Shown in pieces: positions 26,758 through 40,418 of a DNA stretch of 64,000 bases; positions within the stretch are counted from its first letter, which is position 1; each line of letters begins with the position of its first letter. The stretch is from NCBI RefSeq assembly GCF_018977255.1, contig NW_024704743.1:63800001-63864000 (forward strand). Reading direction: 5' to 3'. The notes under the pieces were generated by a model. The model searched no databases and was not told where the DNA came from. It saw nothing but the letters and a program-made list of their open reading frames with translations. A program made the translations under genes and the position numbers. Origin of the DNA: Callorhinchus milii (Eukaryota).

Positions 26758-27564
26758 ACATGAAGTATTCCTGTTTCAAAGAAATAAAGCAAATAACTGC
26801 CACATTGCTTAGCAAAAGTGTGGGAATAATAGTCAAAAGTGGTAGATGTTCCCTTTAAAGTCACTGAACCATTGTAAGAAATGTTAATATTTAATTTACT
26901 GGAACGACATTCTCATCCACTGTTCTAACTACTGTTCCATCTCAAACGTTTTTTTTCTCTCCATTGGGCTGGAACAAGTAATTGCTTCCCAGCTTCCCTC
27001 CTTCCTCTCCTGGCAATCCCTGCTTGAACCCCTCCAATCTACTTTCCTTTCTACCCTCAGCACAGGAGACAGCTTTGGTCAAAGTTACCAATGACATTCT
27101 GACCAGGTTTTTCTCTGTCACATTCTTGTAAATATTGCATTCTACACGGATATATTATGCCTCCACAATTTCTGTAAATTATATCTGTGTAAACTGTATG
27201 TTATAAATAAATAATAATAATAATTCTTGACTTTGATATGGATTTCACATTGGGAAGTCATCTCAAAGAGCTTTGCAGAATCTACTGTAAAGTGTGGTGG
27301 TGTATATTTTGTAGGCGAACATAAACATATTTTCTATAATCGTAAAGTTTGACAACAACAATAAAATTACATTTGTATAGCGCCTTTCACGTCGGGAGGA
27401 TGTCCCAAGGTGCTGACAAGAATAACATGCAGGTGAAGAGAGTTTCTCTCCATTGGGCTGAAACAAGTCATTGCTTCCCAGCTTCCCTCCTTGGACAACA
27501 AACCTTCAGATAAATTAACTTCATGGAAGTTTGTGGGGCCTGCTGTGTTCAAATTGACTGTTAG

Positions 27565-27901
27565 AATAATAATATTGATCCTTGCATTTGATATAGCACT
27601 TTATCACATCTTCGAGACGTCTAAAAGTGCTTCACAGAATATACTGTAAAGCAAATCGACTGTATATATTTGTGGGCCAAATGCAGCAGCCAATTGCACA
27701 CAGAAGTGTCCCACAAACAATCGTGGATTGAGTGACAGAATTTATTATTATTATTTTAAGGAATTATTACCACTGGAGAAACGATCCTCCAATCGACTAA
27801 CAACCGGGTTCCTACTTACTACTTAATAAACAGAGGCGTGTGGAGTAAGGAAACTTGCTCAACATTTCGCCCTGCCGGGAATCAAACCCAGATCTCTCGC
27901 C
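27565..27901 (-). mobile_element. SINE, long subfamily
   Basis: Reverse-complement similarity; the 5' tip of the head is missing. Confidence 0.85.
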
Positions 27902-28007
27902 TATCACCTTATTCCATAGACGTCTCATAGAGTTAACAGAATATATTGTAAAGTGATTAAATGAGTTTCTCTCAGTGTCTTGACCAACAAACCTTCACAT
28001 AAACTAC

Positions 28008-28370
28008 AGGAATTGAACCTGATGCCTAAATTGCGCTTGGGTTCAGAGAGTCTGAGGGAGAGCCCGGGGAGGTTGAGGAGTTCAGACCTGCAGGAAAGAA
28101 GACGTTGACGGGAGCCAAAGAGTATGGCTTCCATTTTGCCAACATTCAGCTGCAGGAAATATTTGCTCATCCAGGCCTTGATGTCCGTCAAAGAAGCTGA
28201 CAGAACATCAGCAGTCTGGGAGTCTCAGATGGAGTAGGAGAAATAGAATTGGGTGTCATCTACATACATGTAGAGGTTGACACCATGTCTGCGGATGACA
28301 TTGCCGAGAGGGAACATATAGATAAGGAAAGGGGGCCAAGGATGGAGCCTTGGGGTACCCCTCAGGTGGT
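28008..28370 (-). mobile_element. L2 LINE RT fragment
   Basis: YVDDTQFY-like RT motif and DIKAWMSKYFLQLNVGKME on the minus strand. Confidence 0.82.
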
Positions 28371-28902
28371 ATCATCACACATGGTGCTCTCAAAGCACTG
28401 CGAAGCATTTTGACATTATAGCCATTCTATCAAGGATTATTACTATGTATTTGCTCTTTTAGGATTGAAATATCCTTGATATTACACAACCGTTCCATAT
28501 TATCACTTCCCTTTCACTGGCAATTTCACTGGCACATTATTGGCAATCTGAATTATAATATTTATCTGATGCAAATCAAGAATTTCAATGTGGAACAAGG
28601 GAAAATAGTAGAGGATTAATTAGACATGTAAAGGTTCTCTCTCACTTTAATGTTAGACTCATGCAGCCCCAGTATTAGCTCATAACTACATTCAAATTTA
28701 TTGCACACTTGACAACACTTTTCTGCATGGAAATGTCACTTCAAAGTTCAGGTAATCTAGACTTTAGGATTTTAGAAAATAAGTTTACACCAGTTTTTAC
28801 TCCTTGATGTAGAAAGCAAAGCAATTTCAAAAGGAGTTCTGATATTAGCTTAGCAAGAAGGCATGACAAAATGGACATCTTTTGGGACATGTAATCCTCT
28901 CA

Positions 28903-28956
28903 TGATTGTATGTGGCAATGTGATTTTTAATGTGATTGTATGTGGCAATGTGATTT
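28903..28956. repeat. 30-bp-period tandem duplication
   Basis: tgattgtatgtggcaatgtgattt occurs at 28903 and 28933. Confidence 0.9.
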
Positions 28957-29880
28957 CTTGTTTTAAAAAGAATGTTGACAGACTTGAGTTTACATTGAAC
29001 TTTTTTTGGGGGGGAGGGGGGGATGTTAAAGCAGGTTATTTTTGTCAAAGCCGCATCAATTTTTGAATAAGCTCCATGTCAAAAATACTGATTTTTTAAT
29101 TTTTAATCCAACATTACTTAAAATTGTTCAAAATTGGATTGCCTTTCCTGTAGGTAATCCTATCTGACATTAAAAGCCCAGTATCGTCCTTTCTTCTTTT
29201 AAAACATGAAATGTATTTAAAAACTACTTTAAAATTTGCAGGAAGAAGCAAATTCACCTCTACTTGTCTTGAGGTGCTTACTCTAAAATGGCAGTACAGC
29301 GCAGAGGTTCAAAAGGGTCATTAGCAGCAGTGTTTCATTCTCTCACAATGTTTATGCCCAAGTGCTCTGCAGCGACAGTACATTTTAGAATTGTGATGAG
29401 GCGTAAAATGTTATAAAATGTTTGATGAGCTGGGTATCTGGCACATGCAGAAACCCATTACCATACCTAATGGTCTCCAAATCAAATAAGTTCCAAATCC
29501 AGAGAGTTTAGGCACAAATTGGCAAAAGCAACGGTTTGGGGAACCCAAAGTCTGCATTTGGGTCTTAGGAGAGGTTTAACCAGTTAAAATCACACATTGG
29601 TAAGCTTGTTGCTGCTTGTCCAACCAGGGCCACTCTCTGTTAGGGCTTTACCCCCTCTCCATTGAGCGGTGGCTCAAGTACTTGGAGGTACGCAGCTTGA
29701 GCTCTTGAGCTCATAAGTCTCATTCACAAATCCAGATTCAGACAGTGCACTTTCTAGCAGCTGACATTGTAAGCCTTTCAGTTTCCTTATCAACTTTTTG
29801 TTTTCTGCATAAACTTTCTCTGTGCATGTTTAATGAGCTTTTTTTCACAATGCTGTGTTTGCAGTAGTATTTAGATTTAC

Positions 29881-30005
29881 CTTCCGTGTACTGCTTCTTT
29901 ACATTTCTGTGAAAATCAGAGCTTTGTCTGACCAGACGACTCTGACGACCAAGGAAAATGGAGATCCAGGCTGCTACCTTTTCTCCGCAGTCCAGTCCTT
30001 CTACT
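29881..30005 (-). CDS. MOCOS: MOCOS internal exon (about exon 11)
   Basis: tttttttcacag|AG...GGAAG|gtaaat, 125 nt, phase 2 to 1. Translates (R)VEGLDCGEKVAAWISIFLGRQSRLVRQSSDFHRNVKKQYTE(G), containing the DCGE..W...FLGR motif of MOSC_N. Confidence 0.96.
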
Positions 30006-30775
30006 CTGTGAAAAAAATGTACTTTTTAAACATACCTACAACAACAACAAATTACACTTGTATAGCACCTTTCACATTGATAGGACATCCCAAGGCACTG
30101 CTACAACAACAACTTCATACAGGGCAGCATCTTGGAGTGTTGAACCTGACGCTGAACCAGGGGTGGTCGTAAACACAGTTGAAGAGGAAGGACTTCAGTC
30201 ATGATCTAAAAGAGGGAAAAGAGGACACAAGGCAGAGGGATTGGGAGATACTAGACATAATGGGGTCTGAAATATGATGTTTGAAAAACATTTTGGTCTC
30301 TGGCCTTTCAGCACTTTGCCTTTGGGTTTTGCAGTTTGTGGCAGTGAATCTTACAATTTTGGAACTTACATCAAATATAAATTTCGCATTTTAGAAAAGG
30401 AGTGAAACATGAGCCTGGAAATTATAGACCAGTAAAGCCTAACAATGCACAGTGTCAAAATCTTTGAGACAGTTGTATAAGATGTTCTCTAACTGCTCAT
30501 TTGAAGCTCATCTAAATGCTACTTATAAGCAATAGTCAACATGGATTTAGAAGCAGTATATTGTGCCTCATGAAATCTTTGAGAAAGTAATTAAACTGGT
30601 GGATGAGGGCTATCCAGTGGATAACAATTTATTTGAATTTTCATGACCTCTGTGGACCTCTGATATTCAATTTCCCCAATAGAGCTTTTCCATTTAAAAA
30701 TAATCATCCTTAATTTCATACCATACCGTTTTCTATAAAGTGCAGTAACTGTGTATCGTACATGAGGGAGTCTCC

Positions 30776-30794
30776 TTGCCAGCAGATGGCAGTA
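30776..30794 (+). promoter_or_regulatory. CTCF-like motif
   Basis: ttgccagcagatggcagta matches the CCASYAGRKGGCRS consensus; it lies in non-repeat intronic sequence. Motif only, no binding data. Confidence 0.45.
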
Positions 30795-31381
30795 TTGGTT
30801 ACCCTATATTAATATAAACTTTGTTGAAGTTTAAGTTTCATATTTCTTTGAAATAATGCAGCAATTTGCATTTGAATTGAAGATTTTATTTCAACTGAAT
30901 TGGCCACTGGTATTAGTTATTTCTTGTCTGAGTAATAAGCATGTTTTCATCACTTATTCATCCAAAAGAAATGTTCATTACTTGGAATCTGTCAGAACAC
31001 AGTATGGACAATAATGAACATTATGTACTTATACTGAGATTACACCNAAAAAAGTTACATCAAGTGAACACACTATTATATCGCCTACAGAGAAGCAAAT
31101 AAAAAAATATTTGAAATAATATATTCAAGAGCAGTGATATGCCTGGCAACTGAAGATCCATTTGCTTAATATCAATGATTAGAAAATAAATGGAATCAAT
31201 AATTTGAAGAAAAATAAAGATTATCTATATATCTATATTATATTAATGAAAATATAGTAATTTCTGGATAAGTCATCACTCTAAGGGAAAACAGCTCAGC
31301 GACGAGTTTTCTGAATTAGTGAGTTGGGCTTAGGTCCTCCCAGGCCACAAGCGGGTGCTGTGACTCACATGGGCTCTTGGG

Positions 31382-31563
31382 GGAGGTTGGGCGCACATAC
31401 TCAGATGCATCATGGAGGCCTCTGGCTGTTGGAGGGCCGCTCTGTGGCCTCTCGTCCTATCCTGTCACAGGATAGGGTGTAAGGCTGGGCGGGAGGCCAC
31501 GGCGATGCCCTCCAATAGACCAAAGATCTTCGCAATGCATCTGAGAATGTGCACCCAACCTCC
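31382..31563. repeat. GC-rich imperfect palindrome (foldback or MITE-like)
   Basis: Outer arms ggaggttgggcgcacatactcagatgcat and atgcatctgagaatgtgcacccaacctcc; inner inverted repeat cctatcctgt-c-acaggatagg at 31456-31476. Confidence 0.85.
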
Positions 31564-32029
31564 GGCAAGCACCACACCAGTCACAGGATAGGGCAGGAGG
31601 CCTCTACAATGCAATAAACCATCTTATAGGATGAGTTATCCAATAAATTTTACATTGTATGTACTTATAAGAATTTTGAGAATGCGACTACTTATATGTC
31701 AAGCAGAGTGACAAGTAAAATGGAATCACTTATTAACATTTTGCATGGGAAGCACCCAGGATATTTGCAGCAAGGCTACTAAGTGGTAATGCCAAATTAA
31801 GCCAGGGTAGAGTTATCAGGAGTTTACTATAACCTAATGACAGGTGGGTACATCTTGTCTGGCTAAGTTCATTACTTTTTGAGGAAGTGATACTCCAAAT
31901 TTACAGTGAGAATAATAATAATAATCCTTATATTTGATACAGTGCTTTTCTTGTCAGGATAATGCCTCAAAGCACTTCACAGGATATACTATAAAGTTTA
32001 ATGCCTATGTATTTTACAGGCAAACAAAA

Positions 32030-32765
32030 TAGTGTAACTGGATGTCCAAAAGGCTTTTGATGGGGATAAAGGGATATTTTTGCTGATTGGCTGAGAACAG
32101 CAGGAATTAAGGAATATTGTTTTCCAATTGGTAGAGGTTCTCAGTGGTGTGTTTCAAGGATCAGTGTTAGGACCTTCTTGATCAAGAGGATACAAATATA
32201 GTGTTAGTTAAAAGTGGGACTGCAGATGGAGAAGGTCATTAAAAGTGCAAGCAGGATTCCAGCTGGAATATTGTGTGCAGCTTTGGTCACCACATACTAT
32301 AGTAGATTTTAGAGCTATATGGAGGGTGCAGCACAAGTTCACAAGGATGATAGCAGAAATTAAAGAAAATAGCAATGAAGCGAGGTTAGAGAAGTTACCA
32401 CTCCTTTCATTAGAAAAAATAAAGTTCAGGGATGATATGATAAAAGTGTTTAAAATAATGTGTTTTAAAAAATTAATCATAATTTTTTTTCCCTACTGAT
32501 AAGGGATTCGAGGAGAGGGCATGAATTCAAGATTGTGACTAGGAGAGTGAAAGGAAAAGTTGGGAAGAACATGCAAAGGGTTGTCAGAGAATGGAATGAT
32601 TTGCCAGGAGTGGCTTTTACAGCAGAGTAGATTGGGGGCATTTTGAAAGAGTATAAGACTAACACATGCAGACGGCAGCTATTTGGTTTCTTAGAAGAAT
32701 AAACACCAACATAAAAATGGGATGAATGGCCTTCTACTGTGTCATACATTTCTATGGTTCTATGA
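32030..32765 (+). mobile_element. Degenerate CR1 LINE with internal deletions
   Basis: LEYCVQLWSPH...RVQHKFTRMI motif and CR1-like terminus gaatggccttct...tttctatggttctatg. Confidence 0.75.
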
Positions 32766-34444
32766 ATGGGACAGGAAATGTCAAGGGAAAAGTTGAAAGA
32801 ATCCTTGTGGTATCAGTTGACTCAATGCTCATGATGTCCAAACAGTGTGAAGCAGCAATAAACAAGGCAAACAAGATGTCAGATATATTGTCAAATAAGT
32901 TAGATCCCCAGAAGAACAACATTCTGATTTGCCACATCTGGAATTCTGCAAATCTGATTTCAACATAAGAGGCTGCTCGGGCCTTGGAGGTGGTTCAGCG
33001 ATACCAAGGCTAATCCCAGTTTTAGATGTATCAATTTTTGACAGATACTTTAAAGCTTGAAAATAGATGTTTTGTCATGTTATATTAATAGAGGAATATA
33101 ATAATAATAATCCTTGCATTTGACATAGTGCTTTTCATTTCTTCTAGACGTCTCAAAGCGCTTCACAGAATAGACTGTAAAGTGAATTGACTGTATATTT
33201 GTGGGCAAAACGCAGCGTCAATTGCTCACAGCAGTGTCCCACAATCAGTCATGGATTGAGTGACCAATTTTTTATTTTTGTTTTTTTTTCTTGAGGAATT
33301 ATTAGCAGGCATGTGAAGTAAGGAAACTTGCTCATGGTTTCGCCCTTCAATTATAAGATGCATAATAGAAGAGAAAATAAACCCAGAACTACATGTTATA
33401 TATGCGAAAGCAACAGGAAAGCACAGGTTCAGGGTTATGAAACAGAATTTAAGGCAAATGACAGAAAGTATTCCTGTACACAAAGGCTAAGCAGACATAA
33501 TGGGGTCCTATGGAGGATGGTTGAGGACAGGACCCTGGAGCCATTTAAGAAACAGCTTGCTGCTGTAACTAGAAGACTTAAAAGATTTGTATTCTGGAAA
33601 GATGAGGTCAAATGGGCCGATGGGCCTTTTTAAACCAAACCTCTCTTGTGAACACTGAACAAGCCTTTGTTTATGACACAGCTAAAAGGTCAAATCCTGC
33701 ATTGATTACAGGAATACAAAGCAGTGCTTCTGCTCTAAGTCAGAGCCTTCATTATTCTGTGTCAAACCTGCCATTATGAGGTCAAGAGGATCACTGGCAA
33801 AATTACAATTTAACATTTAATAAAAGACTGATAATAAATAAAGAACCCTGGAACCTGCTGACGGCAAGGCCAAACTCAATTTTATGCATTTATTCAGGTT
33901 ACAATGCACTATATTAGGAGCACAAATTTTCAATTTGAATTTTGAAAATATAGTTTCCTGGCAAAGGAGTTCTATGTATCATTATGAATGTTCATTGTAT
34001 GTAGATTTAGACTATTGGGTTTAAATAGGGGTTACAGATAGAACCTCAACGCCATCAACTAAATGGTTGTGGTTAGTGAAAGCCAATGCATCTACATATT
34101 TTAGTCCCATATTTACTACTTGAAATCCTTGAATTTGATATAATGTCTTATCATGTTGTCTAAACATCTCAAAGCTCTTCACAGGATATACTAGACTGTG
34201 AATTGACTGTGTGGGCGATCGCAGCAGCCAATTTGCGCACAGCAATAAACAACCATGGATTCTATTTGGGGGATCTGTTGGTCAGGATCACAGGAGAAAC
34301 TCCCCTCACTTTTTGAATAGTGCCATAGTGCCCGATTGACAATATTCAGTGGTTTCACTTGTTGAAAGGAGAAACCTGCCAATGGCATTGAAAAAAACAA
34401 GCCTTCTACCAGCAGACCCATAAACATTGTTTGACGGGCAATAC

Positions 34445-34990
34445 AATACAAAATTACATTTGTAAAGCACCTTTCATGTCGGGAGGTACTGAGTCGGTGA
34501 ACAGTCAGGGATTAGGACCTGAGCGGTGGGGGTTGGGATCAGGGAAGGTGGAGGCTAGAAAGGTACCTGAAGTCACAGTCAAAGAGGAGGGTCTTGAGGC
34601 ATGCCTTGAAGGAGGCAAGGGAAGGAGTGAAGGGAATGTGGGATGGAGTTCCAGAGGGTGGGGGCAGAGAGACTGAAGGCCTGACCGCCGATGGAACATG
34701 CTGGAGCCTACTGAATGGAGGGAGCGGACCGGTTGATAAAGGGTTAGCAGGTCAGAAGAGGTAGGAGAGAGGTAGGAGGGGGCAAGACCATCAAGACCAT
34801 GGAGGGCCTTGAAGGTGAGGATGAGAATTTTTAAGTGAGGGATGGAGAGCCAGTGGAGCCGGGCGAGGGTAATGGGGTCACGGAGCCTGGTGCGGGATAG
34901 GACACGAGCTGCAAAGTTCTGGATGATCTACAGCTTGTGGAGGGAAGAGGAGGCCTGAGGGGTGAGGCAGTAGTGGAGTCGGGCAATGTT
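34445..34990 (-). mobile_element. L2 LINE 3' fragment, degenerate
   Basis: Colinear similarity to the 44424-45146 copy, including gccttgaaggtgagga, ccagtggagccgggcgag and the tail. Confidence 0.8.
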
Positions 34991-36620
34991 GGAATCGGGC
35001 AATAGGCAGGTGGACAGATGGCAACCATGCTAATTCACTGCTGTAGATTTGTCTATTGAACTCCCTTCGCCTATCTTACCCTTTCCCCCAAAGAAACTCA
35101 GATGACTAACCACAATGTCATGTTAGTACTGTATAACTACATCAACAACTTGCATTATATAGCATCCTTCATGCAGGATAGTGTCTCGGAGTGCTGAATG
35201 TTAGTCTTGGCTGCTATCTCACAAATGTCAACGTAAACAAAGATTTTGGTGAAAATGCAAAACAATCAATCTTTTAAATAAAGCTGTTCTATAGCAACGG
35301 AACAATGAATTTAAATCTCATTATAAGGTCAAGTATTGCACATTCCAAGGAGATCCTGCTAACCAACCCCTACCCCCTCCCCACTGAGGGTAGTCAAAGC
35401 AGCTTGATACACGTGAAACCTAAAGTAAAACATTTTTTTAGGTTTACAAGATTCCACAGTTCCCCCCAATTTGGTATCATCTGCCGATTTACTTATCTTA
35501 CACTGAGTCTGTGAATCCAGGTCTATTAATATATATGTTGAACAGTAGGAGTCCCAGTACAGTCCCTGAGGTCCACTGTTTAATACCTCTCCTCTATTTT
35601 GACCTGGCTCCCCTATAAAAGACCTTCTGCTTCTTTCCTTCTGCCAATTCTGAATCTATGTCCATGACTTGTCCTTGATACCCAGTGACCATTATGAATT
35701 GCGTCTTTCGTGTGGTACTTTATAAAATGCCCTTTGGAAGTCTAGATATAGTACATTATATTGCTTCTCATAGTCATTCTCCTCAAAAATGTCTATGAAA
35801 TTGGTCAAACACAATCTCATTTTGCATTGTTTCCTTTTAAGTTATCCCATCTCATAGTTTTGCCGAGGCCAAAAACGTCACCTAAATAAGACAACTGGAT
35901 TGGATTGATAGTTAAGCCTGAGCCTCAAACCTCTGATCAGTGGCCAAGATCTCAGTTTGTAAAGCCTGAATAAAATATTATGCCTGTGAGGCATCCAAAA
36001 ATAAATCAAGTAGATACATTTTAATAAAAAAAACTCAACAAGACTATTTCTGGAGTGGGGAGAAATCACTGAAATAAAAAGATTTTTAAAAATTAGCCAT
36101 TTCAAAGAAGTATAATATAATGTCACAAACAATTGTTTTTTAACCCAGAGGTTTGTGTAGGCAGGCTAGCGTTACATGATGATATTCCTGCCTAAATTTG
36201 TTTTTATGTTGCAGTCTTCCAGATTAATTGGTGATTTGCATGATGGCTGTTTATGGCACCTTATTGGAGCAAATGGCTACCATGTTTGCTACAAATAAGG
36301 CCACGTACTTGACAGCAATTAGTTCTGAAACACTTTGAGACCGTTCAACAAGATAAGTTCTTTCATATTCTTTATGTATATTTATTTAACATTACTTATC
36401 CTGTATGTCCAGACTGTGACATGTTTCAACAGCTCAGTCTGTCCAACAGATGAAATGCTGCACCAAATTGTAACACTTCACTTGCAGTGCCATTAATTGT
36501 ATTAACTTGACATATCCACCAGACCACTCAGGCTCTGCCTGCCAAAGTAAATGGTGCCGACACCAAAAGCAATAAAGACATTTATTTGTGAGCTGTTATA
36601 GGTTTGTCTCAGATTCTCAC

Positions 36621-36708
36621 CTGTCTCCACAGACTTTGCTTTGACAGGCTTGAAATGGAAACTGTTTTCCATCTCCTTCTTCTAGAGGCACCATTATAGG
36701 GTCCATTC
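36621..36708 (-). CDS. MOCOS: MOCOS internal exon (about exon 10)
   Basis: ttcattcag|GA...GACAG|gtgaga, 88 nt, phase 1 to 2. Translates (G)MDPIMVPLEEGDGKQFPFQACQSKVCGD(R), cf. MOCOS GMEPIEVPLEE...QSRVCADR. Confidence 0.95.
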
Positions 36709-37506
36709 CTGAATGAAGTAAACAAATCATTAAATGTAGCAGGTCATAAAGTATCTCAATCCAGAAAAAGATAAATCTGTCTAATTGAATGGAATACAGT
36801 CAAAAAGCTTGCAGGTTATTTTCCACTTCACTGCCCGAGATCTGGTTTTGCACGTGTGTACAGTATGGCACAATGCATTTCCTGCTGTCCTGAATCCGTT
36901 GAAACCTCCTAATTGCAGCACTTTGAAATGCTATATTGCATGAAGGGGCTATATAAATGTGAGTTGTTGTGGTACTTGTAATTGGTGAGCCCCGTAGGAT
37001 TACAATTACAAATTTCTTTTTAAAGCAGTTTTTTTAAAGGTCTGGAGATCTTCCTGCCAATGAATGATTTTTTAAAACTATATTGTAATTTAATACACCC
37101 GTAAAAGGAAATTGCAGTTTTTAAATCAATAAAATGATATCCTTAAGACTCTCCTGTTTGTCCTGTAAGTGTGTGCACTCATTAGTAAGTCTGGAACACA
37201 CCACTGTTGTTGGAGCTGCTCTGGGGAACACACTTTCAGTTCTGCAAAGAAACAAAGGCCAGTGGTGGCAGCCACTTACTAATTGTCAGGTACTGACCCT
37301 CTGTGTACTGTGGAGCTATCAGAAGATATACACTTTCAATTGAATATTATGGAAGGCAACTAAAAAATCACCTATATATTTGTGATAGGTGTGAGTGTTG
37401 TGGTGACAGAGGCTTTCCTGCTTGGTTTCTTGTTCGATTCCCCAAAGCGTTGTTCACTGGTTGCAGAGGAGCTACAGAGTCTAATAAATGACTCTTCCAA
37501 ATGGGA

Positions 37507-37920
37507 TGAGCCTAGTTCAGTTGGTAGCACTCTTGCCTCTGAGTCATGAAAATTGTGGGTTGAAATCTCATGTTGGGACTTTGAAATTGCGCAGTGCAGC
37601 CTGACAGTTTAGTGTTGTGAGCGTGCTGACCTGTTGGGCATGCCTTCTTCAGTGAGAGGTTAAACTGAGGTCCTGTCTGCCTGTTCAGGTGGATGTTACA
37701 CATCCCATTGCAATATTCAAAAAGAGAAGGGAGTTTTTTCCAGTATGCTGGACAACAATGCCTCAAATAATATTTATTTAATGGCTGTTTGTGGGACATT
37801 GCTGTGCATAAATTGGCTACTATGTTCACCTACAAAATACACAGTTATTACACTGTACAGAAAATCCAGTGAAGCGCTTTGAAACATTCTCCCAAAATGT
37901 GCTATGTAAAATGTAGGAAT
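37507..37920 (+). mobile_element. Older tRNA/Deu-type SINE (SacSINE1/AmnSINE-like organisation)
   Basis: Head agttcagttggtagcactcttgcctctgagtca, body gttaaactgaggtcctgtctgcctgttcaggtggatgtt, Deu-like block and L2-like tail. Related copies at about 2520-2910, 3400-3715, 24855-25160, 48320-48730 and 57696-57952. Confidence 0.75.
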
Positions 37921-40418
37921 TCCTCTAATATTATTATAAGAAATTCGAGTGGACATTCCTTCCTGTATCCAGAAATACATAATGCACATCATAAGGACGA
38001 CAACACCACCACCATCAGCTTACATTTATACAGCACCCTTTTTTTGCGGGGTAGCATCTTGGAGCGCTTAACAGTGGTGGTGCTTGACACCGAGCCAGGA
38101 AAGACTAATGGGAGCTCTGCTGTGTAAATAAAGCTTGTTAAAGTGGAGTTCCTGTGGGTTGGTGTTAAGTACTTTTGGTTTCCTTATCACAGGGTTTCAT
38201 TTATAAATTGTCACATATTAGGCTCCGTTGGGATCTCAATCATGCTGTTGTAACTGGGTGCAGAAAGGCAGAGGCCAGGGAGCAGAATCTTAATTAATCT
38301 CTCATCTGTGGACATTATATTATATTATATCTACAGAAAAACAAAAATAACAAGGCAAAAATAATAACGCACGTTCAAAAAATAGCATGATGGCCAAGAA
38401 AATCCTTTGGGAATTACTTGAGTGCTGCTCCATCAACAGAATGTTGTCAAGCAAACAGTATGATCATCAGCCTCTCTCTATCATCCACTCAATGTGCTTG
38501 CAGAGAATTGACACAGGAAGTATCAGTTAGGAGACTCGTGAATGAACTTGCTTACCCACAGCTTGTTGAAATATCTCAGTTCATTTGGCAAACTGTTAGC
38601 AGTAGTTGCAATATTACCTCATCATTAAAAGCAAATTGGACCTCAGATATTCTAGTACTTTATGTTTAGAAAAAACAAAACACATTACAGTAATAAAAGA
38701 TAACCATAACAGGCCTAGAAAGCAGTGGCACACAATGACGTTGACTATTACTTACTGTAATGTGTGTTTTTTCCTAAATATAAAATACCAGAATATCTGA
38801 TGTAGGATTTGCTAATGATCCGTTAACTTTACAGTCAATTCACTTTGCAGTATATTCTGTGAAGCGCTTTGAGACGTCTCAAAGACGTGATGAGTGCTAT
38901 ATCAAATGCTAGGATTATTATAACACTGCCAACTCAGAGATACTGCGATTGCCTTCCAGCAATTTGGACCAGAGCTCCTGCTGTGTGGGCTCTGACCTAC
39001 TGCCAATTGTCAGCAGGATTTCCTGAGGGAACTCAATACAATACAAATTTACATTTATATAGTGGCTTTGACATTGAGAGGACCTCCCAAGGTGCTTGGC
39101 AGTCCTAGCTTGGCACCACGAGGTGGGTGGGGAGGGACAGATGGTCTAAGAGGAAGGCCTTGAGACAAAGAGAAAGTCTTGACAATGAATGTTGAACTAA
39201 TAAGCATTGCATAAAACTTTATATATATATATATACTGAGAAAACATCAATATAGTTCAGCAAATCCCATGAAACTTATTTCTTATAAAAGTTAATTTTT
39301 AGAAATCTGAAAAACTCAAGAAATGCTACAATTAAACCTTGTTATGATAAGCATCTCATTTTGACTTGACTTATCCCACCTGAAGTTGATTCCTTAATAA
39401 ATGTTATGGAACTGAAATTTATATTTCATTGGAAATGAAAAAGCAGCAGTTCACCACATGATTCACTAATAGCAATATAGAGACCCTATTATAATAACAA
39501 TGATAATAATAATCCTTGCATTTGATATAGCACTTTATCACATTGTTCAGATGTCTCAAAGCGCTCACAGAATACGTTGTAAAGTGGATTGATGATGTAT
39601 TTTGTGGGCAAAAACAGGAATCCTAATGGGAATTCTGCTGGTAATGCACAGTACACCGTAGCCATCTTAGAGGAATCCTGTGATATACTTCTGATACTTT
39701 GGGTCTGGGATCCTGTGAACCGGATGGCAATGCATACCAGCAGGATTCCGTTTGCAACTGAGTCACAAATAGTGAATCCCATTACTAACCATTGCTTTTT
39801 GCCCCAACGAATCACTCCCATCACTGAGATTTTCATAAAATCAAACCATTAAATGCTGTAATACAAACCTCCAGTTTCTTAGCTCACCTGAAATACCACA
39901 GTGTTCTGCAGAGTACAAAACTAAACAAAAATGATCCCCAGTAAAACTTTGAGGTACGTCCAAATCCCTCTACACACTTGCCCCTCCTTGCCTCAGTGAC
40001 CTCCTGCAGCAACAGTGACCCAACTGCTAACACCAGCCTGTTTCATATCCCTCACCCGATTTGCCCCACCTTTTGGGGTATGTTTTCAGGTATCCTTGTG
40101 AAGCGCTTTGGGGTACCTTCCTGCTATTAAAGGCGTTGTATAAATGTAAATTGTTGTTGGATTCCTCAGAGACTGCAATCAAATTATTCCAATGCTTGCG
40201 GGTTCAATATTTCCAGGTTTATCTATGTATTGTTGCAGGCTACTGTATGGATGGACAGACAGACAGACATGAAGCAATATCACATTTTAACTTTGATTTG
40301 GCAATAATCTGAATTCAAGGTCATGATTCTTGTTTTCACAGATTGCTAAAATAATCATCCAGATACACGCAGACATGTATTTGGATGATTAACAGTGAAA
40401 TAAGGTTTATTCTTATTT

